A stretch of DNA of 64,000 bases from the NCBI RefSeq assembly GCF_009914755.1, contig NC_060935.1. One strand, 5' to 3'. The DNA is from the human T2T-CHM13v2.0 reference genome, Homo sapiens. Positions 1-15,974 of this stretch are shown in pieces. The first letter of the stretch is position 1. Every line of letters begins with the position of its first letter. The notes under the pieces were generated by a model that saw nothing but the letters and a program-made list of their open reading frames with translations, searched no databases and was not told the origin of the DNA. The position numbers and the translations under genes are program-made.

Positions 1-129
1 TTCTAATTTCTTCACCCAGTTTTCAGTCCCAGAGAAGCTTCATTCTTTAAAATAGCTGTGTATACTCAATAAATTCAAATTGTCTCCTTACATTCTTTTA
101 TGAACTTCCTGTAGGTGCTATCCTCCAAC

Positions 130-558
130 ATCCCACCAAAACTAATAAGTGCCACATTGCCAAAGACATGGCCAACCTTGTCTTATTAGCCCCAGGAAAA
201 TAATTTGATAGGCTTCATCACTCTTTCTTCCTTCACACACTTTCTTCTTTCGGTTGCCAAGCCAACACAGTTACCTGGATTTCCATTCTCTGAACTCTTC
301 GTGGGATTCTTTGCTGGCTCTTCCTCATATCCTTTTCCTTTTCATGTTGGAATGCCACTGGTCATGATCTTTAAACTCTGTTCTCTTCTCTGTCTACCTA
401 TTGCTTTTATGGCCCCATTCAATCACATCTATTTACTAATGACTCCAAAATTGATATCCCCATCCTGGATATTTAATCAGAACTCCACACTCAAATATCC
501 AACTATCTAATATTTTCACATAGATATTTATTAGAAATTAAAAACGATATTTCCAAAA
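130..558 (+). mobile_element. LINE-2 (L2) fragment; 5' part of an L2 that resumes at ~8900-10040
   Basis: catctatttactaatgactccaaaattgatatccccatcctgga...gaactccacactcaaatatccaactatcta resembles the L2 3'-region consensus. Confidence 0.75.
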
Positions 559-655
559 CAACATCAGAAGCATGATCCAAAAAAGTATAAAGTTGATAAA
601 TTGAATGTCATTAAAATGAAAAACCATTGTACCACAAAATGCTTAATTAAGGAGG
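559..655 (+). mobile_element. Old L1M ORF2 fragment
   Basis: gataaattgaatgtcattaaaatgaaaaac matches the L1M ORF2 'DKLD.IKIKNF' region. Confidence 0.55.
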
Positions 656-659
656 CATG

Positions 660-2494
660 TTCTTGGCATATTTGAGTAAGAACCTGAAAATTCTATTCCT
701 TCATAAAGGCAATAAAAACCTTGGCAAAATTTGAATAAATCAACTTTCTCAGAATTCAGGATATTAGGCAAAGTCTTACAAAAATCCAAGGAGTGTTTGC
801 TACTTTTTTAAAAAAAGTGAATCTCAGTAAGAACAATGAGTTTTGTGACATTTTAACTTACCCTATTTCTATTACCCCATCTCCAGCTCTGCAACAACCT
901 TGAAAATAAATAGTCTCACAACCATGAGAGCTGCAAAAGACAGCAGACCAGCAGCCAACAGATGGGGAAAAATTGATATTTGGCATTTCTAAAAAGCCCC
1001 ATACCCTGAGAACTAATACTAGTTGACCTGTCTGAAAATGTTCTCAATAGCTCCATTCTTAGAGTTTATGTTTATTTGACCTAATTTAAAGCTCACTCTG
1101 TGCAAACAGTCCTATTCCTAGGTCATTTGTCAAAAGCAATCAGGGCAATTATTTAATATCACAGCAGTTTCAAGTATTAATATCTGTAGAGACTTACAAG
1201 AGGCTCCACAGAAGACTTAAAGGGAAAAACTGAGGAATGAGATGGCCATAGGGGGTTTATAAGCTTGTGAGAATCTGTAAGGCCACATACATGTGCAGAT
1301 TGTGCTTATGCCCAGGAAAAACCGAAGAAGGCTCTAATCTTTTCCCTCTGGTTAACCTCCAGGCTCTGTTCAAACAGGGAGTATAAGCTAAGGCTGAGCG
1401 GTAAACTGCCTAACTCAGCATTGAAGGTATGCCTCAACAAACACACAGAAACCCTACAAAGATTAGGAGGCTAATTTGTTCAAAGAATTTAAGAAAGTCT
1501 CAGTCCAATAATTATCTGGCCACTAAGATAACTGAGCAAAGACTACATTACAGTGCCAGACTATTCACACAGTGGCAAAACTATATACGACAAATAATAC
1601 AGACCTTACAAAATTAGTCCAGGAAAGTCACTAAACAAACCATCAACTAAAGCAACAACAACAAACCCTGGAGAAAAAAAAATTGGATTTCCAATGTTAC
1701 TACTTATGCTATTTAAAATGTCTAATTTAACAAAAACTAAAATTGTGAGACAAACAGAAAAAGTATGGTGCATATGCAGGAAAAAAAAAATCAGTCAATA
1801 GAAATTTTCCCAGATAAAGCCCAAATGTTGGACTTAATAGGCAAAGACTTTAAATCATCTATTATAAATATATTTAAAGAAAGAAAGGAAACTACATCTA
1901 AAGAACTAAAGAAAAGCATAAGAATGATGAGAATCAATATACATAAGTATTCCACAGTTGAAAAGTACAAAAGCTGAAGTGGTTATGGGACTCAATGGCA
2001 GATTTGAACTGACAAAAGAAAGAATCAGTAAACTTGAAGTCAGGTCAATTGAGATTATGCAATGTGAGGGACAAAAAGTAAAAAGATTGGAGAAAAATTA
2101 ACAGAGCCTCAGAAACTGTGGGACATCACTGAGTATGGCAACATGTGCATAATGGAAATCTCAGAAAAGAAGAAGAAAAAACAAAGAAGCAAGAAAAAAT
2201 ATTTGAAGAAATAATTATCAAAACTTCCCAAATTTGATGAAAAACATTATAAATGTACGAAACTCTAAAATCTCTAAGTAGGATAAACTCAAGCAGGTCC
2301 ACACCTATACACATCATAAAATGCCTATTGAAAGACAGAAATTCTTGAAAGCATCAAGATAGAAGAGGCTTATGTACAGGGAATACTCCCTAAGATTAAC
2401 AGATGACTTCTCATCAGAAAGCATGGAGGCCAGAAGGAAGTGGGATAGTATGTTCAAAGGGCTGAAAGACGAAGACCTTTAATGAAGAAATTTA
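660..2494 (+). mobile_element. Old L1M 5'UTR/ORF1 region, left part, interrupted by L1PA6
   Basis: ORF 1765-1977 is L1M ORF1-like; gacttctcatcagaaagcatggaggccagaaggaagtggga encodes the ORF1 'DFSSE.MEARR.W' motif. Confidence 0.8.
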
Positions 2495-2640
2495 TTTTTT
2501 TTATTATACTTTACGTTCTAGGGTACATATGCACAACGTGCAGGTTTGATACATAGGTATACATGTGCCATGTTGGTTTGCTACACCCATCAACTCATCC
2601 TTTACATTAGGTATATCTCCTAATGCTATCCCTCCCCCAG

Positions 2641-5777
<3,137 letters not shown>

Positions 5778-5840
5778 TATGATTTTTGCTCATTATTTTG
5801 CCCATTAATTGATGCAGTTTCTTTATAGCATCAATGGTCT

Positions 5841-6860
5841 TTACAATTTGGCCTGTTTTTGCAGGGGCTGGTACCGGTTGTTTCTTTCCATGTTTAGTGC
5901 TTCCTTCAGGAGCTCTTGTAACGCAGGCCTGGTGGTGACAAAATCTCTCAGCATCTGCTTGTCTGTAAAATATTTTATTTCTCCTTCACTTATGAAGCTT
6001 AGTTTGGCTGGATATGAAATTCTGGGTTGAAAATTCTTTTCTTTAAGAATGTTGAATATTGGCCCCCACTTTCTTCTGGCTTGTAGGGTTTCTGCTGAGA
6101 GATCCACTGTTAGTCTGATGGGCTTTCCTTTGTGGGTAACTCGACCTTTCTCTCTGGCTGCCCTTAACACTTTTTCCTTCATTTCAACCTTGGTGAATCT
6201 GATAATTATGTGTCTTGGGGTTGCTCTTCTGGAGGATTATCTTTGTGGTGTTCTCTGTATTTCCTGAAATTGAATGTTGGCCTGCCTTGCCATGTTGGGG
6301 AAGTTCTCCTGGATAATATCCTGCAGAGTGTTTTCCAACTTGGTTTCATTCTCCCCATCACTTTCAGGTACACCAATCAAACGTAGATTTGGTCTTTTCA
6401 CATAGTCCCATATTTCTTGGAGGCTTTGTTCATTTCTTTTTACTCTTTTTCTCTAACCTTGTTTTCTCACCTTATTTCATTAATTTCATCTTCAATCACT
6501 GATACCCTTTCTTCCACTTGATCAAATCGGCTATTGAAGCTTGTGCATGAATCACGAAGTTCTCGTGCCATTGTTTTCAACTCCATCAGGTCATTTAAGG
6601 TCTTCTCTACAGTGTTTATTCTAGTTAGCCATTCGTCTAATCTTTTTTCAAGGTTTTTAGCTTCCTTGCAATGGGTTTGAACATTCTCCTTTAGCTCAGA
6701 GAAGTTTGTTATTACTGACCTTCTGAAGCCTACTTCTGTCAACTCATCAGTCATGCTCCATTGCTGGCAAGGAGCTGTGATCCTTTGGAGGAGAAGAGGC
6801 ACTCTAATTTTTAGAATTTTCAGCTTTTCTGCTTTGGTTTCTCCCCATCTTTGTGGTTTT
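5841..6860 (-). pseudogene. L1 ORF1p, fragmented
   Basis: ORFs 5841-6182 (RAAREKGRVTHKGKPIRLT...YPAKLSF) and 6467-6802 (coiled-coil region). Confidence 0.93.
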
Positions 6861-7428
6861 ATCTACCTCTGGTCTTTGATGTTGGTGACCTACAAATGGG
6901 GTTTTGGTGTAGATGACCGTTTTGTTGATGTTGATGTTATTCCTTTCTGTTTGTTAGTTTTCCTTCTAACAGTCAGGTCCTTCAGCTGCAGGTCTATTAG
7001 AGTTTGCTGGAGTTCCACTCCCAACCCTGTTTGCCTGGGTATCACCAGCAGAGGCTGCAGAACAGCAAATATTATTGCCTAATCCTCCCTCTGGAAGCTT
7101 TGTCCCAGAGAGGCAGCCGCCTATATGAGGTGTCTGTCGGCCCCTACTGGGAGGTGTCTCCCAGTTAGGCTACACGGGGGTCAGGGACCCACTTGAGGAG
7201 GCAGTCCGTCCGTTCTCAGAGCTCAGTGCCATGCTGGGAGAACCACTGCTGTCTTCAGAGCTGTCAGACAGTGAGGTTTAAGTCTGCAGAAGTTGTCTGC
7301 TGCCTTTTGTTCAGCTATGCCCTGCCCCCAGAGGTGGAGTCTAGAGGAAGTAGGCCTTGTTGAGCTGTGATGGGCTCTGCCCAGTTAGAGCTTCCCAGCC
7401 ACTTTGTTTACCTACTCAAGCCTCAGCA

Positions 7429-7503
7429 ATGGCGGATGCCCCTCTGCCAGCCAGGCTGCCATCCTGCAGATTGATCTCACACTGCAGCGCCAGCAGTGAG
7501 TAA
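7429..7503 (+). pseudogene. L1 ORF0 homolog (antisense in the 5'UTR), truncated by a premature stop
   Basis: ATG at 7429 reads MADAPLPARLPSCRLISHCSASSE then TAA at 7501, resembling the ORF0 N-terminus MAGAPPPASLPPCSLISDCCAS. Confidence 0.8.
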
Positions 7504-7868
7504 GACTCTGTGGGAGTGGGAGCCACCAAGCCAGGCACGGGAGAGAATCACCTTGTCTGCCAGTTGCTAAGACTTTGGGAACAGCACAGTATTTGAGCAA
7601 GAGTGTCCCATTTTTCCATGTAGTCTGTCACAGCTTCCCTTGGCTAGGAAAGGGAAATCCCCCAACCCCTTGTGCTTCCCGGGTGAGGCGATGCCCCACC
7701 CTGCTTCAGCTTGCCCTCTGTGGGCTGCACCTACTGTTCAACCAGTCCCAATGAGATGAACCAGGTACCTCAGTTGGAAATGCAGAAATCACTTGTCTTC
7801 TGCATCAATCCTGCTGGGAGCTGCAGACCGAAGCTGTTCCTTTTTGAACCATCTTGGAACACCCTCCT

Positions 7869-8315
7869 TATGAATAATTTTATATCTGGCAAACCTATCT
7901 GACAAAAATTAAAGAGAAATTAAGACAGTGCTAGGTAAACAAAAACTGAGAGAATTCATCCCTACCAAACCTACCCTACAAGAAAAACTAAAGGGAGTCC
8001 TTTAGGAGAAATGAAAACAAACTAGAGAGTAACTCTAATACGAAGAAATAGAAAGATTAATAAGGGTAATTACATAGGCAAATATGAGAGATAGTATAAA
8101 TATATTTTAGTTTGTAACACTTTTCTTCTTGCATATGGTTAAAAGACATAAAACTGTGTCAATGTGCTTGAAATGTACTAATAAGTAATATGTATAATAA
8201 TAGCACACAAGTAGGGAGGCAATGGAGCTATAGGAGAGCAAAGCCGATGTATACTATCAAAATTAAGTTGTAAGTTTGAATCTGTAATAGATTGTTTTAA
8301 GTTAAGATGTTAATT
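7869..8315 (+). mobile_element. Old L1M ORF1 end and inter-ORF region (continues 660-2494)
   Basis: ttttatatctggcaaacctatct...aaacaaaaactgagagaattcatc...ccctacaagaaa continues ORF1 where it broke off. Confidence 0.8.
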
Positions 8316-8319
8316 GTTT

Positions 8320-8477
8320 TGCACAAAGCTTCTGCATGAAGCCCTAACACAACCCCTTTTGCTCAGGTCATCAGAACACTTATTCTATTTTATGGAATGA
8401 AGTGTTGCCCAGTTCTGAAATCACAATAAAGCCAATTAAGATCTTAATTAAGTTTGTTGTAATTTTGTCTTTTGACA
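8320..8477 (+). mobile_element. ERV1 LTR 3' fragment (MER34-like)
   Basis: aataaagccaattaagatct...tttgttgtaattttgtcttttgaca; poly(A) signal and CA terminus. Confidence 0.6.
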
Positions 8478-8880
8478 CCAATTACTTGGTGAATGGATAA
8501 ACAAAATATGACATATCCATACACTGTACTGTTCAGTTATAAAAGAGAATGAAATATCAACACATTTTATAACATGGCTGAACTGCAAAAACATTATGTG
8601 AAGTGAAACCAGCCAGAAGTAAAGGACTACATATTATACAATTCCATTTATATGAAATCTGAAGAAATGTCAAATCTATAAGAAATCAAATTAGTGGTTG
8701 ACTGGGGCTGGAGAAGGGAACAGAGATTAATTGTAAATATGCTAAAGGGAAATTTTCATGATTAAATCTTCTCAATTGGATTGAGAGAACTGTTGCACAA
8801 CACTGTAAATTTACTAAAAATTATTGAATAAGATGTTTAAAATTTGTGATTTTTTTGGTATATAAATTATACCTCAATAC
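8478..8880 (+). mobile_element. L1ME/L1MC-type 3' end
   Basis: ggtgaatggataaacaaaat...attccatttatatgaaat...tataaattatacctcaata. Confidence 0.8.
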
Positions 8881-9084
8881 ATGTAAGTATACCTTAATAT
8901 GTAAAATTCATAAAAGTTATAAGCATCATCCCATCTATCATTTACTTGCTTTAAAATTATTCAACAGATTCCTAATGTTCTTAAGCAAATTTCAAAATCC
9001 TGCATACTCAAGTCCCTCCTTGTGCTTCCAGATTTATCTGACCCATCTTTCCCTTCTCATTGTACACCAGGCCCCCTGGCTTTA

Positions 9085-9456
<372 letters not shown>

Positions 9457-9487
9457 TCAGATCTTTGTTCTTCCTTCCTTCTTAAAC

Positions 9488-9785
9488 ATTTTTAGAGGTA
9501 TAATTCATACCCCCAAAACTGCACATATTTAATGTCCACATCTTGATGAGTTTGGACATACGGGACATATGCACACACCAACGATACCATCACTGTAACC
9601 CAGGTACTAAACATATCCATTACCTCCAAATTTTCCTTGTGTTCTTTTGTGTGTGAGGTTTTTTGTTTTTTTTTTTTCTGTCATTTGGAGTTTTTTTCTT
9701 TTTGGCAAGAACACTTAGCATGAGACCTATGCTCTTACATTTTAAAGGATACAATACCATATTGTTAACTACAGGTATATTTTTT
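9488..9785 (-). mobile_element. L1MB-type 3' end fragment
   Basis: aaaactgcacatatttaatgt...aagaacacttagcatgagacctat...atacaataccatattgttaacta. Confidence 0.75.
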
Positions 9786-10299
9786 CCCTCAGATCTTACA
9801 AATGAGCTATCCTCTCTGCCTGCAAAGTGCATCCCACCCTCCCTTTTCTCTCTATTAAAGAGACATCTCACCAAAACACCACCAGTTGTGATCATATTAT
9901 CCTCATTGTTTATGTGTATTATCTTCTTTGTTTATGTGTCTGTTTCTCTTGCCATCAGGGTAGTGACATTTTATCTCCCAGTGTCTAGAACAGTGTCTGG
10001 TACATGGTGTATGTTCAACCTATGTTTACCTAATTAATGAACATAAAAGAGTCTTGTCCTCAGCTCCTATTCTACTATCTCTGCTATCATCTTTCAGTCT
10101 CCCAACTATCTACTTGACAGAACTAGCATAGTGTAGTACCAGTTCACCTGTTCAATCTCAATTTCAAAGACGGATCTTCTCTTTAACATTTAGATTCTCA
10201 TAAGAGACATTGATCTCAGTAAATTATTGTTCTTATTCTATATCCCAATTCTTCTTCCATTATTTATCCTTAAAATTGGTTGTTGGCCCCTGATACAGA

Positions 10300-12330
10300 A
10301 CACTTTTTCTTGTCAATGGACATATGTTGTTATGCACAAAACAAGCAATTGTTTGAGTCAGTCAGTTTAAAGATGAAATTCAATATTTGGTCTCACACGC
10401 TATAACCCCTGGTTGCCAGGGAAAACATGGGAGACCTCATTTCTGGGAATTGTATTGATTTCATTTCATTTGCTGCTTTGGAAGCCATGGGCATAAAAAA
10501 GAGTAAGCAAATAACAAAGGAGCTTAATGCTTCGAAAACTCAGAGGCACCATTTTCTAAGTCATTGTCAACCCCCATCCAACTACTGGTATCTGTGCAGA
10601 TTTTAAAATGAACCCATGTTGTTTGCCATAAGTCGTATTTTAAACATGAAAAGTGCAAATCAATACATGGAAGTGGGCTGCAGGCAACCGTGAAAATGGG
10701 AAGTCCATTCCAGGCCTTGCAAAACTTTAAGCAGGGCTTCCAAACCCAAGCTGGCCCTAGTAACTGTTTTCCCAGCCCTCTCTCAAAGTAAGGAGAGAAG
10801 ATAGAAATGAAAGTTAGAGGACTTTTGCCTTAAGAACCTACAGTGCATTAATTTCAAAATTCCTTTCTCTGTACCCTTTGGTTCTCCCCACATGGAGGTG
10901 AACACTCCTCCTCTTATTTCTTGTCCTCCGTGATGGAGCCTATTACACCAAATTTAGCTGTGCGGATAAAAATTTGCCTCTTGTGCTTAGAAGGCAAAAG
11001 TTTAGTTTTACCTATTGATACTTAAACACTTCCAATCTAAACTCATTTTATTTTAGGTAGCCAAATTTAGAGTTCTTCTCTCCCCCTTTCTCTTGGGAGA
11101 TTATCTAAATTTCTAGCATAATTACTTATCATCCTCATGTGAGGAAACCAATGGCTCTGTTGGTGTCCATGGCTGGTATGCCTATTGCCCATTTTAAGGA
11201 ATAGAGATAATAATTTTACTCAGAAACCTTTTCCATCTCCCCTCCCAATCCTTGTTTACTTGGGTCATGGCTCTGTCTTCACTGACATGACTGAGATCTA
11301 AGACTCTGCTCTACTTACACTCAGGCTGTGTCTTGGACTTCTCTTGGTCTCTGCTATGGGGTTTTCTTGACCCATTAGAGACACATAGCAGGAACCTTGG
11401 TTCTAAACTCTTCCAGGTTTCATTTCACTCAGGCATGTGGAGACTTTTAACCCTTATTCCCTGATAGGCTGGGTGCATTCTGCATTCAGAATGCTACAAT
11501 TCTCCCCCAGCTCCCCTCTGCATTTCCCCCAATATGTATCCTAATAAGCATATATTCCCTGTCCATTCTTTGGAGTTCACCTGAGTCTGGCATAGCAGAT
11601 CAGGAATCCTGTTAAATAAGGCTCACAGCTCAGTTGCGTTCAACTAGCAAAAATCCTAAGCATCCTTTTCTGCTTGATTTTAAATTTGACATGTTGGGAA
11701 GAGGAGGTTGCTTTCATAGAAACTTTTGCTTCTTTAATTAAATGAGAGTTTTGCTAATGACAGGATTCTATTAGTCACAATCTTTTACTAACAGATAGCT
11801 ATTTATTTTATAAACTCAAATAGACTTTTCCTTTGAGCCAGTCTCAGTCAATGTTATGAGGTGACGGTTTGGCAATAAGAGGGCTCAGATAGTCCCCAGT
11901 GGTGATAGGGGAAAAACCCTCATCCGAAAGTACTGTTCTAAATAATTCGTATACAAAGCTTGTAAGCTTTGCTGCTTCCTACCAGGGAACAAAACTAGAA
12001 ATGGGCTTGGTGAGAAGCTGTTCTGGGAGGTTCCTGGCATACCTTTAAACTACCTATAAAGGAGAGGGCCGTTGTAGACATAGCATGCAAAGAAAAATAT
12101 GTGGTTTCACTTTTTTAAGGGGAGAGGCAGTTTAAAACAGATTCTTTGTGTACTCTATTGAAAATACTGTGTGTTTCTTATAAAAGGCTCTCTTTTCCAC
12201 ATAGAAACTGACACTCTCCTGCTCTCCTATTGCAGTTACAAAAATTCCGATATGGGAAAAACATTCTAATTCAGTCCAGAATTGAGCTTTCTACGTCATT
12301 TGAATCATGCCACAGTAGCTTCCACCTCTG
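10300..12330. promoter_or_regulatory. Candidate enhancer/promoter island (non-repetitive, motif cluster)
   Basis: AP-1 TGAGTCA 10354, RFX-like 10412, STAT TTCTGGGAA 10441, kB-like 11908, TATA-like 12055 and 12179, RUNX/IRF overlap 12100-12114; motif presence only. Confidence 0.3.
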
Positions 12331-12339
12331 TGTGTGCTA

Positions 12340-12341
12340 AG

Positions 12342-12372
<31 letters not shown>

Positions 12373-12373
12373 C
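12340..12373 (+). repeat. (AAAAC)n microsatellite
   Basis: Read directly from the sequence. Confidence 0.9.
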
Positions 12374-12614
12374 CGTGTTGACTAATGCTCCTCCTGAAAA
12401 AAAAAAGACCACATAGTAATTACCTTTTCCTTTTTAAAAATGGAACAACAGTTACCCTTTGTAGATCCATAGCACCTACAGAGCTTAAAACATTCTCTAG
12501 GCAAATTGAGAATGTACTATAATCCTAACCAGAAATAAAATGTAACAGTGTTCCCACTTTATGAATATGAAAACGAGATATGGAAAGAGAAGAAATTTCA
12601 AATCATACAAATAT

Positions 12615-12870
12615 AATAATAACTCATATTTAGTGAATATTTAATAAGTGGTAAGCACTGTTCTAAATAATTCATGAACAAAACTCATTTAACCCACATC
12701 ACAATCCTGTGAGGTTACTATTACTACCCTCCATTTTTACAGATGTACAAGCAGGTATAAAGCAGTTAAGCTACTTGCTTAAGGTCACAAAGACTATATG
12801 TGATAGAGTTGGGATTTGAACCTTGGCAGCCTGAGCCCATTGTCAACACTCAACACTACACATGCTGCCT
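12615..12870 (-). mobile_element. MIR SINE
   Basis: ccatttttacagatg...aaggtcaca...gggatttgaacc core. Confidence 0.85.
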
Positions 12871-12992
12871 TTTTAATACATGTGTAGTGAAGCTTCGTCA
12901 TATAGCAAACTGAAATCCGGTTTCCATATTAAGTGGCATTTAGCTATTCAGTGTGTTTTAAAATAAAAAAAATAGGATTAGAAATTGTTCTT

Positions 12993-13153
12993 GGCCAGGT
13001 GTAGTGGCTCACAGCAGTAAGCCCAGCACTTTGGGAGGCCAAGGCAGGAGGATCACTTCAACCCAGGAATTCGAGGCTGCAGTGAGCTATGATCTCACCA
13101 TTACACTCCAGCCTGTGTGACAGAGTGAAACCCTATCTTAAAAGAAAAAAAAA
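12993..13153 (+). mobile_element. Alu monomer (FRAM-like or left/right chimera of an AluJ)
   Basis: ~145-bp body plus A tail; flanks aaattgttct / aaagtgttct. Confidence 0.9.
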
Positions 13154-13674
13154 AGTGTTCTCTGTGATGGCAAATGAGGAAAAATTTAAGAAGGAAACCA
13201 AACAGATTTTCAAAGATTTAAACTGCCCTCCGTATAGAGAGATTTAAATATAAGAGATAATAGCAATGTAGCTGGGCTTACCACTTTCTAGAAATTATTC
13301 TTTATAAAATAAACTCAAGGTTTTGTTTTGCTGAAATGTTATTTATCCATTCTAAAGAACTTTGTCAATTCAATCAGATGAAATATAAATATATATGAGA
13401 AGAACTTATGTTCATTTAATAGTTTATCAGTTTACTAAGTACCTCCCTATAGGCATCACATTTTTTATTTGTTCTTTTGCACAGTTGAAGAAGCAGAGGC
13501 CCAATGAAATAAGTGTCTTGTTCAGGGTCACACAGCTGTGAAGTTATATGATTGTGATGTAAATCAACTCCATTTCTCTTTCAACTATACATATGGGATA
13601 TTTTAGCACTTTGCCACTTATAGAGTGTTTTCATGTATGCGTATTTACCCTATTCTTGTAGTAGCCCCAGCGGG

Positions 13675-13920
13675 GTGACAGTGTATAGCATTGAAGAATA
13701 TGGACTTCCAAGTCAGATTGCCTTTGTTCAAATTCTGACCCTGCCATTTAGCATGTGACCTTAGACAAGGTACTTAATCTTTTGGTGTTTCAGTTTACTC
13801 ATCTCTTAAACAGGGTTAAAATACTATCTATCTTGCAGAGAAGAGGGGAGGATATGTAAGTATTAATTGAGATGCTATAAGGAAGACACCTGGAGTAGTG
13901 CTTGGAACAAGATAATATAC
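13675..13920 (+). mobile_element. MIR SINE
   Basis: gttcaaattctgacc...tgtgaccttagacaaggtacttaatct...cagtttactcatct. Confidence 0.85.
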
Positions 13921-13999
13921 GTGGGCTTTTACACTCAGTGTACGTTAATGCTTACATGGAGAAAAGCTTATTGTGTCAGTTTTTTTCAAAATATATTTT

Positions 14000-14768
14000 T
14001 TCTTTCGAAAAAATAAATTTTATTGTGTATTGAGGTTTACAACATGACGTGATGGAATACCTATGGATAGTAAAATGATTATTATAGTGAAGTATATTGA
14101 CGTATCTATCATCTCACATAATTCCTTTTTTGTGACAAAAGTCACTAAAATCTATTTATTTAATGAAAACCCTTAATACGATCTTATCAACTTTAGTCTC
14201 ATATTATACATTAGATGTCTAAACCTGTTCCTCCTAAATATCTACTCTTTTGCATCACATGACCTATATCTCCCCATCTCCTCTCCCCCAACCTCCTTCC
14301 CCGTCCATTGTAACCTGTTTCATTTTCTATCTCTGTATATATGAGCTTTTTTTAAGAAAAATTATATTTCACTTGTAAGTGAGATTATGCAATATTTTTC
14401 TTTCTGAGTCTGGCTTACTTTATTTATCATAATGTCTATGTCCAAGCAGATTCATCCATGTTGTGGCAAATGGCAGAATCTCCCTTTTTAAGGCTGAATA
14501 ATATTTCATTATATGTATGCCACATTTCCTTTATCCACTCATCCATCAACAGACATTTAGGTTGTTTTCATATGTTAGCTATTGTGAATAATGTTATAAT
14601 AAGCTTGAGAGTGTGGATTTCTTTACAAGGTGGTGATTTCATCTCCTTTGGGTATACACCCAGAAAAGAAATGACTGAGTTGTATGGTAGTTCTATTTTT
14701 AACTTCTTCAGGAACCTCCATATTTTCCATAATGGCTGTATCAATCTACATTCCCACCAACATTGTAC
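14000..14768 (-). mobile_element. L1MA9-like 3' end
   Basis: tttattgtgtattgaggtttacaacatg...gatagtaaaatg...caatctacattcccaccaacattgtac. Confidence 0.85.
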
Positions 14769-14948
14769 TTATTTGTGGCCATTTTATACATAAAAGAACT
14801 GTGGTTTCAAGTTGAATGACTTGCCCATTGAAGTGGAATCCAAACCCAATTCTACTGACTCCCAACCTACTTCTTTCTCACTGTACCAGCTTGTTTTATG
14901 TAAAAATCTAGCCTTTACTGAATTTTATCCAAGTTGGACAGTTATACA

Positions 14949-15110
14949 CAGGGGTTCTAAATCAGGCATCCATCTGTGGAATTCAGGGTTTCTGAGAACC
15001 CCCTACAATCATATGAAAAATGTACCTCTGTATATTTTTCTAGAAAAGGGCTTTTAGTTGCCATCAGATTCATAATAAAGGTCCAACACCCTTAAAGGTT
15101 AAGGGCCATT
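14949..15110. mobile_element. Non-autonomous hAT-Charlie-type DNA transposon
   Basis: Degenerate terminal inverted repeats caggggttctaaatc / ggttaagggccattg; internal catcagattc...aaaggtcc motif. Confidence 0.6.
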
Positions 15111-15114
15111 GATT

Positions 15115-15370
15115 TTGAGGTAGTATAGCATAATGTTTAAGATTCTAGGCTTTGGAAATGCCTAAGTTCATATGACAGGTGTAACACCTAATAGCTCTGT
15201 GACTATGGGCAAATTACATAATTTCTTTGTAACTTTATTTTCTTGTCTGTAAAAGAAGCATGATAATTTGCAAGGATTAAATTAGTTCAAAATTTATAAA
15301 AACACTGAAAACACTGCTTTGCACATAAAAAGCTCAATTTAAAGATTGCTAATATCATAATTGTTGTGGT
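15115..15370 (+). mobile_element. MIR SINE
   Basis: gtagtatagcataatgtttaaga...ctgtgactatgggcaaattacataa...tctgtaaaa. Confidence 0.8.
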
Positions 15371-15469
15371 CAGGGTATACATAAAAAAAACAACAGGAAT
15401 TTGTCCACTTAGGAAGTGAGTTATTAATGTAGATCATATCTGTGAGAACTCAGCACTGTGCCTGGTCCA

Positions 15470-15973
15470 ATGCAGTGGTACATGAACCCTCACCTCTTGG
15501 TTGTCACATCCTGCTCTTGAGTGGGATTTATTGATCAACTTCTAATGAATCAAATTAGGCACAAGTGGTGGGATATCACTTCTCACATTAGATTAGATGC
15601 TCTCTCTCTTTCCTTGGGGAGGTCACCTTCCATGTCATCAGGCAGTGCAGTGAAAAGATCCACGTGAAGAGAAACTGAGGGAAACCCCCAGTAAGCAGTT
15701 AGCAAGGAAATGAGGCCCATAATCAAACATCTCTAAGGAATAGAGGCCCACATGAACACGCTTGAAGGAAAATCTTCCTCCAGTAACATTTTCAGGTGAG
15801 ACTTCAGACTCAGTCAACAGTTGGCTGCAACCTCCTGAGAGAACTTAATCCAGACGCCCTCAGCTAAACCAGGCCCAGATTTCTGACCCATAAACAGCAA
15901 GATAACACATCTTCACTGTTTTAATCCACTAAATTTAAGAGTAATTTTTTAATGTAGCAATAGATGACATACA
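15470..15973 (+). mobile_element. MaLR solo LTR (MLT1E/F-like)
   Basis: cagctaaaccaggcccagatttctgaccca...tgttttaatccactaaattt...gcaatagatgacataca. Confidence 0.8.
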
Positions 15974-15974
15974 T

